This document shows positions 57,832 through 64,000 of a DNA stretch of 64,000 bases, piece after piece. The DNA is from Candidatus Omnitrophota bacterium (GTDB lineage: Bacteria; Omnitrophota; Gorgyraeia; Gygaellales; Profunditerraquicolaceae), in assembly GCA_028715415.1 (NCBI GenBank), contig JAQURX010000005.1, positions 64,043-128,042 of the forward strand. Direction: 5' to 3'. The translations under genes and the position numbers were made by a program. Position 1 is the first letter of the stretch. Each line of letters starts with the position of its first letter. Under the pieces are notes generated by a model. The model did not search any database. It saw only the letters and a list, made by a program, of their open reading frames with translations, and had not been told where the DNA came from.

Positions 57832-59805
57832 TTATTTCTTTAACACTCCCATTAGTTCTTTAACCTTATCTCTTAATTCTGCTGCTTTTTCAAATTGCAA
57901 ATTTCTTGCTGCTAATTCCATTTCATATTCCAAATCAGCAATGTACCTGCGCAATTCATATTCGTCTTTCTTCTCACCTGTTAATTCTGCTACGTATTCT
58001 TCTGCCTCAATCAACCCTTCAATCCCTTCTTTAATTGCTTTCTGGATTGAGCGAGGAGTTATATTATTTTTTTTGTTAAATTCTAACTGAATCTTTCTAC
58101 GGCGCAAACTTTCCGAGATTGCCCGTTTCATTGAGCCAGTAATTGTATCAGCGTACATTATCACTGTCCCATTAATATTTCTTGCAGCTCTGCCGGATAC
58201 CTGGATAAGGCTTGTCTCTGAACGTAAAAAACCTTCCTTATCAGCGTCGAGAATTGCAACCAGGGAAACTTCCGGAAGGTCAAGCCCTTCTCTTAACAAA
58301 TTAATCCCGACTAAACAATCAAAATCTTTTTGCCTGAGTTCCTTTAAAATCTTTGTCCGGGTTAGCGTATCAATATCCGAATGTAAGTATTTTACTAACA
58401 AACCCTTCTCTTGTAAATAGGTAGTTAAATCTTCCGCCATTCTTTTGGTTAAAGTTGTAACTAAAACCCTTTCGTTCTTCTTAGCCCTGATTTTCACTTC
58501 ATTAACCAAATCATCAACCTGATTCTCTAAAGGCCTGACAATTATCTCAGGATCGATTAAACCCGTAGGCCGTATTATCTGTTCAATAATTTTTCCTTCA
58601 CTTTTTTTAATTTCATAATCGTTAGGAGTAGCTGATACGTAAATTGTCCGCTTAATCAAAGAATTGAATTCATCAAATTTTAAAGGACGGTTATCAAGGC
58701 AAGATGGCAGCCTAAACCCATACTCAACCAAAGTCTGTTTACGCGCCTTATCCCCTTCATACATTGCCCCTATCTGCGGAACTGTAACATGCGACTCGTC
58801 GATAACCGTAAGAAAATCTCCCTGAAAATAATCAATCAAAGTATAAGGCCTGCTTCCCGAGGGCCGCCCCGAAAGGATACGCGAATAGTTTTCTATGCCG
58901 TGGCAGTATCCAATTTCCTTTAACATCTCCATATCGTATTTTGTGCGCGATTCCAGGCGCTGCGCTTCTAATAATTTGTTCCTGCTGCGCAGATTCTGAA
59001 GCTGTTCTTGAAGCTCAGCCTCAATTGCTTTAATCGCAGAATCAACCCTATCCCCTGAAACAATAAAATGTTTTGCCGGGTAAATTGCAATTTTTTCAAG
59101 CTTTACCAAAATCTCTCCGGAGACAGGGTTAATCTCTGAAATCTTTTCAACCCTATCGCCATTTAATTCAATCCTAAGCGCCTTTTCCTGATAAGATGGA
59201 AACACTTCAACTACATCCCCTCTTACTCTAATTCTTCCGCGGATAAACTCATAATCATTTCTTTCGTATTGAATCTGGACTAATTTTAAGATTAGCTCAT
59301 CGCGGGAAACTGTTTGCCCCTTTTCGACAAAAACAAGCATATCCTTGTAATCTTCCGGGCTTCCTAAATTATATATACAAGAAACCGAAGCAACTATAAT
59401 GACGTCACTACGGGACATTAAAGATGTAGTCGCAGATAAACGCAGGCGGTCAAGCCTATCGTTAATTGCCGAGTCTTTTTCGATATAAGTATCCGTTGAA
59501 GGGATATATGCTTCTGGCTGGTAGTAATCGTAGTAGCTTACGAAATACTCAACCGCGTTTTCCGGGAAAAATTCTTTAAATTCAGAATATAGTTGTGCGG
59601 CTAAAGTTTTGTTGTGAGAAATTACTAATGTAGGAAGGTTGGCTTTTGCAATTACATTGGCAAGGGTAAACGTCTTTCCGGAACCGGTTACACCCAGTAA
59701 AGTTTGCCCAGCCCTGCCGGAAGAAATAGATTCGGTTAATTCTTTGATTGCCTTTGGCTGGTCGCCGCAAGGCTTATAACTTGAAACAAGCTTAAAACCA
59801 GACAA
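57832..59805 (-). CDS. uvrB: Excinuclease ABC subunit B
   Basis: 657 aa; [10 protein letters not shown] Walker A, helicase motifs, C-terminal UvrB/UvrC interaction domain. Confidence 0.95.
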   Translation of the reverse strand: MSGFKLVSSYKPCGDQPKAIKELTESISSGRAGQTLLGVTGSGKTFTLANVIAKANLPTLVISHNKTLAAQLYSEFKEFFPENAVEYFVSYYDYYQPEAYIPSTDTYIEKDSAINDRLDRLRLSATTSLMSRSDVIIVASVSCIYNLGSPEDYKDMLVFVEKGQTVSRDELILKLVQIQYERNDYEFIRGRIRVRGDVVEVFPSYQEKALRIELNGDRVEKISEINPVSGEILVKLEKIAIYPAKHFIVSGDRVDSAIKAIEAELQEQLQNLRSRNKLLEAQRLESRTKYDMEMLKEIGYCHGIENYSRILSGRPSGSRPYTLIDYFQGDFLTVIDESHVTVPQIGAMYEGDKARKQTLVEYGFRLPSCLDNRPLKFDEFNSLIKRTIYVSATPNDYEIKKSEGKIIEQIIRPTGLIDPEIIVRPLENQVDDLVNEVKIRAKKNERVLVTTLTKRMAEDLTTYLQEKGLLVKYLHSDIDTLTRTKILKELRQKDFDCLVGINLLREGLDLPEVSLVAILDADKEGFLRSETSLIQVSGRAARNINGTVIMYADTITGSMKRAISESLRRRKIQLEFNKKNNITPRSIQKAIKEGIEGLIEAEEYVAELTGEKKDEYELRRYIADLEYEMELAARNLQFEKAAELRDKVKELMGVLKK

Positions 59806-60690
59806 TTATTCTACCTCTAAACTCATATCAATTGATTTAACAGAATGAGTTAAATCACCGACAGAGATAATGTCTACTCCGGTTGCGGCAATATCTTTTA
59901 CAGTATCCAGATTAACCCCTCCGGAAGCCTCCAGCTTGGTAGGTGGATGATGGCTCTTAAACTCTGTATTGTTCCTAATCTTAACTGCTTCTTTAATATC
60001 GCTAAGAGACATATTATCCAACATTATTACGTCAGGTTTAAAATAAATTGCGTGTTTAAATTCATCCAGATTCTGGACCTCTACTTCAATTTTAAACCCT
60101 TTTGGCACGCTGGGCAGTTTAGTATAGCCTTCGGTAACTTTTAAATGGTTGTCTTTAATTAAAATCATTTCATCAAGCCCCATCCTATGGCTATATCCGC
60201 CTCCAATCCTGACCGCATATTTCTGCAATTCTCTTAAACCGGGGATAGTTTTGCGCGTATCGGTAATCTTTGTTTTATATGGCTCAATCTTCTCTACATA
60301 TTCTTTTGTCTTAGTAGCAACTGCAGAAAGAAGCGACAAGAAATTAAGCGCGACTCGCTCTGCCGTTAGGATGCTCGCAGCATTCCCTGAAATTTCAGCG
60401 ATAACCTTGCCTTTTTTTAACGGCTTTCCTTCTTTCGCCAAAGCTTTAAACTCAATATTCTTATCGCTTGCCTTAAAAGCCCTCTCTGCAAGCAAAAGCC
60501 CGCAAACAATACAATCTTCTTTAAGTAAAATCTTGGCTTTAATCTCTTTATCTTTAGGGATGGTAAGAAGCGTGGTGATATCTCCATGGCCGATATCTTC
60601 AATTAAAGCATGCTTAAGGATTGAATCAATCTTCTCAACACTCAAAATAGGCAAAGCTTCCTGCAAAAAAGTTTTCTTATTTGAGTCCAT
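59806..60690 (-). CDS. nadC: Nicotinate-nucleotide pyrophosphorylase (carboxylating)
   Basis: 294 aa; QRPRTase N and C domains (TDTRKTIPGLR, MLDNMS). Confidence 0.85.
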   Translation of the reverse strand: MDSNKKTFLQEALPILSVEKIDSILKHALIEDIGHGDITTLLTIPKDKEIKAKILLKEDCIVCGLLLAERAFKASDKNIEFKALAKEGKPLKKGKVIAEISGNAASILTAERVALNFLSLLSAVATKTKEYVEKIEPYKTKITDTRKTIPGLRELQKYAVRIGGGYSHRMGLDEMILIKDNHLKVTEGYTKLPSVPKGFKIEVEVQNLDEFKHAIYFKPDVIMLDNMSLSDIKEAVKIRNNTEFKSHHPPTKLEASGGVNLDTVKDIAATGVDIISVGDLTHSVKSIDMSLEVE

Positions 60691-63346
60691 CTCTGACTCC
60701 TTTTAGTTTTTTGAGCGCGTCGTTAAGCTCAATTAATTTTGCCTTTTCTTTTTCAACGATATCAGCAGGCGCCCTTTTGACAAAATCACTGTTTGAAAGC
60801 ATTTTTTCTTTTGACTGGATATCCGCTAAGGCCTTTTGAATCTTCTGCTCAATTTTTTGCCGGTGCTTATCTATGTCAACAATACCTGCTAAAGGAATAA
60901 CAATGTGCATTCCCTTAACAACGCTGGTAAATTCTCCGCTTGAATGAACATAATGTTCATCAAGAGTTAATTCGTTTACCTTTGCCAAATTCTTTATATA
61001 TCCGGCTAAAGGCTCTAATTGCAATTTATTTGCTTTGGTTCCTGAGAAAATCTTAACCGCAATTAAATCCTGCAATGGAATTTCTAATTCCGAACGCATA
61101 TTCCTGATGGCGTTTACCGCTTCAAAGAATAATTCCATTTTAGCTTCAGATTTCTTATCAATAATATTTTCCTGAATATGCGGCCATGGAGAAACCATAA
61201 TACTGACATCCACTGATTCAGGTGAAGTGTGATTTTTAAGCATCTGCCAGACTTCTTCGGTAACAAACGGCATAAATGGATGCAATGCGCGCAAGAATTT
61301 CTCTAAAATTTTAAACATTACCACCTGATTATGAGCGCTTTTTATCTCGGGCTTGATTAATTCAAGGTACCAATCACAGAATTCATGCCAGAAGAATGAA
61401 TACAAAGCATTTGCCGCTTCATTAAATTTAAAATTTTCTAAATCTTTGTTTACTTCCTTTAACGTTGAGTAAAAACGGCTTAAAATCCAGCGATTAACTA
61501 AATCAAGCTCTTCTTCTTTAAAATAGACGCATAAATCATGCTTTGAAGCGGAAGAGTCAAGATTCATCAAGATAAAGCGCGAAGCATTCCAGATTTTATT
61601 GGCAAAGTTTCTTCCCTGCTCAAACCTTTCTTTTGACAAAAATACGTCTTGGCCCTGGGCGGTGGTTGAAATTAAGCTAAAACGCAGCGCATCTGTGCCA
61701 TATTCATTGATAATATCAAGCGGGTCAATAATATTGCCCAGTGACTTTGACATCTTTTTTCCTTCAATGTCGCGCACAGTGCCGTGGATATAGACATCGC
61801 TAAATGGCTTATCGCCCATAAACTCAAAACCCGACATAATCATACGCGCAACCCAGAAGAAAATTATTTCAGGTGCGGTAACTAACGCTGAGGTCGGATA
61901 GAAATATTTTAACTCATCCTGCTGCTCTTTAGAAGCTTGCGGCCAATAAAATGTTGCAAATGGCCATAACCAACTCGAAAACCAAGTGTCTAACACATCT
62001 TCGTCCTGAATTATATTAGTTGAGCCGCATTTTGTGCACTTATCAGGATGCAGCTTAGAAACCATTATTTCATTACAATCTTTGCAATAATACACTGGAA
62101 TCCTGTGCCCCCACCAAATCTGGCGTGAAATACACCAATCCTGAATATTCTCCATCCAATTTAGATAAACTTTTGTCCAACGCTTTGGATGAAATTTAAT
62201 TTTGTTCTTTTTGACTGCTTCAATTGCCGGCTTTGCCAAAGGCGCCATTTTAACAAACCACTGTTTTGACAAATATGGCTCAATTATGGTATGGCAGCGA
62301 TAACAATGGCCTGCTGATAATGCATGCGGCTCCACTTTTTCTAATAATTGTTTTTCTTTCAAATCTTCCAATATTACTTCACGCGCTTCAAATCTATCCA
62401 TATCCTTGTATTCTCCGGCAAGTTCATTCATGCGGCCATCCGGATACATGACATTGATAAATTCAAGGTTGTGTTTTTTTCCAAAAGCATAATCATTTGG
62501 GTCATGCGCAGGAGTCACCTTTACAGCGCCAGTTCCAAATTTCATATCAACCAAATTATCCGCAATGATTTTTATTTCACGGTTGACTAAAGGCAAGATC
62601 AAAGTTTTACCGACGAGATTCTTATAACGCTTATCCTTAGGATTAACTGCAACTGCAGTATCCCCAAGCATAGTTTCCGGACGGGTTGTTGCGACAGTAA
62701 TAAATTGCTTAGGATTTTCTTTTAAAGGGTATTTTAAATAATAAAGATTTCCTTGAAGGTCATGATGAGGAGCTTCTTCATCAGATAATGCTGTCTGGCA
62801 GCGCGGGCACCAGTTAATAATACGATTTCCCTGATAGATAAGCCCTTTATCATACAGATGCACAAAAGCCTCTTTAACTGCCTCTGAATAGGCTTCATCC
62901 ATGGTAAAACGCGTTCTCGACCAGTCACAAGAAGAGCCTAATTTCTTAAGCTGGCGGATTATTGTAGAGCCATACTGCTCTTTCCAAGTCCACACCCGCT
63001 CAATAAATTTATCCCGTCCTAAATCCTGGCGTTTTAACCCTTCTTTCGCAATGGATTTTTCAACAACGTTTTGCGTTGCAATACCGGCATGATCAATCCC
63101 CGGCATCCACAAGGACTCATCGCCATTCATACGGTGAAACCTGATTAGAATATCTTGTATTGTATTATTTAAAGCATGCCCCATATGTAAAATTCCGGTT
63201 ACATTGGGCGGAGGGATAACTATGCTAAATGGTTTTTTCTTAAGATCGGGCTTTGCCGAGAAATAATTCTTTTCTTCCCAGATTTTATACCATTTATCCT
63301 CAACATCTTTAGGATTGTAACGGCTTGGTATGTCATTAATGTTCAT
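60677..63346 (-). CDS. valS: Valine--tRNA ligase
   Basis: 889 aa; HMGHALN (HIGH), KMSKSLGN (KMSKS), C-terminal coiled coil. Confidence 0.95.
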   Translation of the reverse strand: MNINDIPSRYNPKDVEDKWYKIWEEKNYFSAKPDLKKKPFSIVIPPPNVTGILHMGHALNNTIQDILIRFHRMNGDESLWMPGIDHAGIATQNVVEKSIAKEGLKRQDLGRDKFIERVWTWKEQYGSTIIRQLKKLGSSCDWSRTRFTMDEAYSEAVKEAFVHLYDKGLIYQGNRIINWCPRCQTALSDEEAPHHDLQGNLYYLKYPLKENPKQFITVATTRPETMLGDTAVAVNPKDKRYKNLVGKTLILPLVNREIKIIADNLVDMKFGTGAVKVTPAHDPNDYAFGKKHNLEFINVMYPDGRMNELAGEYKDMDRFEAREVILEDLKEKQLLEKVEPHALSAGHCYRCHTIIEPYLSKQWFVKMAPLAKPAIEAVKKNKIKFHPKRWTKVYLNWMENIQDWCISRQIWWGHRIPVYYCKDCNEIMVSKLHPDKCTKCGSTNIIQDEDVLDTWFSSWLWPFATFYWPQASKEQQDELKYFYPTSALVTAPEIIFFWVARMIMSGFEFMGDKPFSDVYIHGTVRDIEGKKMSKSLGNIIDPLDIINEYGTDALRFSLISTTAQGQDVFLSKERFEQGRNFANKIWNASRFILMNLDSSASKHDLCVYFKEEELDLVNRWILSRFYSTLKEVNKDLENFKFNEAANALYSFFWHEFCDWYLELIKPEIKSAHNQVVMFKILEKFLRALHPFMPFVTEEVWQMLKNHTSPESVDVSIMVSPWPHIQENIIDKKSEAKMELFFEAVNAIRNMRSELEIPLQDLIAVKIFSGTKANKLQLEPLAGYIKNLAKVNELTLDEHYVHSSGEFTSVVKGMHIVIPLAGIVDIDKHRQKIEQKIQKALADIQSKEKMLSNSDFVKRAPADIVEKEKAKLIELNDALKKLKGVRDGLK

Positions 63347-64000
63347 GATTATCTTTCAAAAGCTTATATTCAACTGAATCAACCAGCGCCAACCAGGTGG
63401 CTTCAATAATATTTTCCGAGACTCCGATTGTATTCCATGACTCTTCCTCGTCCTGCGACTGGATAAGAACTCGAACTTTTGCCGCAGTTCCGGCTTTTCC
63501 TTCCAAAACACGCACTTTAAAATCAGCAAGGTGCATTTTTGATAGCGCTGGATAGAAATCCTTTAAAGCTTTTCTTAAAGCATTATCAAGGGCGTTTACT
63601 GGGCCATCGCCTTCTGCAGCTGTGTGTTCTTTGGCGCCTTTGACTTTAACCTTCATAATCGCTTCTGAAGTAATCTTCTTGTCGGATTCCTTTTCCACAA
63701 CAACCCTGAATCCTTCTAATTCAAAGAATTTAGTATATTTCTTAAGCGCTCTTTTAATCAAAAGTTCAAAAGACGCTTCTGCTGCTTCAAAATGATAACC
63801 CTGATATTCCAAATCCTGAAGAAGTTTTAAAATTTTTTTGGTTTTGGGATCCTCTTTACTTAAATCAAGCTCCATTGCTTTGGCGCGCAGGAAAATCCCT
63901 GTCTTTCCGCCTAACTCTGAAACAAGCATTCTCCGATGATTTCCCACTAAACTTGGCTCAATGTGTTCGTAGGTTTTTGGATTCTTCATTACCGCATTGA
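63336..64000 (-). CDS. C-terminal part of citramalate/2-isopropylmalate synthase (LeuA-dimer regulatory domain); gene continues beyond window end
   Basis: No stop upstream of the track ATG before the window edge; GDGPVNALDNALRKAL typical of the LeuA/CimA C-terminal domain. Confidence 0.6.
   Translation of the reverse strand, partial: NAVMKNPKTYEHIEPSLVGNHRRMLVSELGGKTGIFLRAKAMELDLSKEDPKTKKILKLLQDLEYQGYHFEAAEASFELLIKRALKKYTKFFELEGFRVVVEKESDKKITSEAIMKVKVKGAKEHTAAEGDGPVNALDNALRKALKDFYPALSKMHLADFKVRVLEGKAGTAAKVRVLIQSQDEEESWNTIGVSENIIEATWLALVDSVEYKLLKDNHEH

Noticed and set aside
1-64000. Neisseria origin, suggested by the dRS3-like ATTCCC-N8-GGGAAT repeat.
   Set aside because: The window is ~35-40% GC with AT-rich codon usage. 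Gene content (bcd-etf, PEP-CTERM/exosortase, FrhB-like genes) and the lack of Neisseria DUS or Correia elements argue against it. The resemblance is architectural only.
1-64000. tRNA, rRNA or riboswitch genes in intergenic regions (10868-11024, 11400-11702, 28242-28383, 48294-48451, 55394-55520).
   Set aside because: No cloverleaf-compatible segments, rRNA-like conserved blocks or recognisable riboswitch cores were seen. Structured sequences there are accounted for by the repeat elements, a terminator-like hairpin and promoters.

Overview
This 64-kb window comes from a low-GC (~35-40%) bacterial genome that looks diderm. Evidence for that: an Opp ABC importer, an outer-membrane beta-barrel protein, type IV minor pilins, and a PEP-CTERM/exosortase system. 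Almost all genes are on the minus strand. Contents by block:

- Housekeeping block (1-10.9 kb): partial hisD, alaS, recX, htrA, recA, a GAF-GGDEF cyclase, smc with a small upstream HTH gene.
- Metabolic block (11-17.7 kb): a PilZ protein, a bcd-etfB-etfA (butyryl-CoA dehydrogenase/ETF) cluster, a GNAT acetyltransferase, glgC, MarC.
- Minor-pilin operon (17.7-20.8 kb): PilV/PilW/PilX-like proteins.
- oppFDCBA, secG-tpiA-pgk (20.8-28.3 kb).
- An accessory region (28.4-36.9 kb): exosortase + EpsI-like protein, a GIY-YIG gene, two ORF6N-domain paralogs bracketing four tandem PEP-CTERM proteins, and a GH5-like hydrolase.
- A ~19-kb exopolysaccharide locus (36.9-55.4 kb) with TagA-like, GT4, acyltransferase, pyruvyl-transferase, Wzy, Wzx, Wzc-like, Wza-like, priming sugar transferase and OMP genes, partly on a very low-GC island.
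- Then yajQ, a GH17-like protein, coaX, uvrB, nadC, valS and a partial cimA/leuA C-terminus.

The most striking non-genic signal is a dense family of modular palindromic repeats, present at at least 13 intergenic loci. Its core hairpin ATTCCCGC-GAAA-GCGGGAAT is usually paired head-to-head with a related hairpin ATCCCTGC-TTTC-GCAGGGAT. The hairpins are flanked by tandem 18-20-bp iterations of a TGTCATTCCC half-site. The elements often abut or overlap stop and start codons. A second palindrome, GGTCRCAATTTGYGACC, is maintained by compensatory substitutions in three copies around the ORF6N genes. No rRNA, tRNA or CRISPR array was detected.
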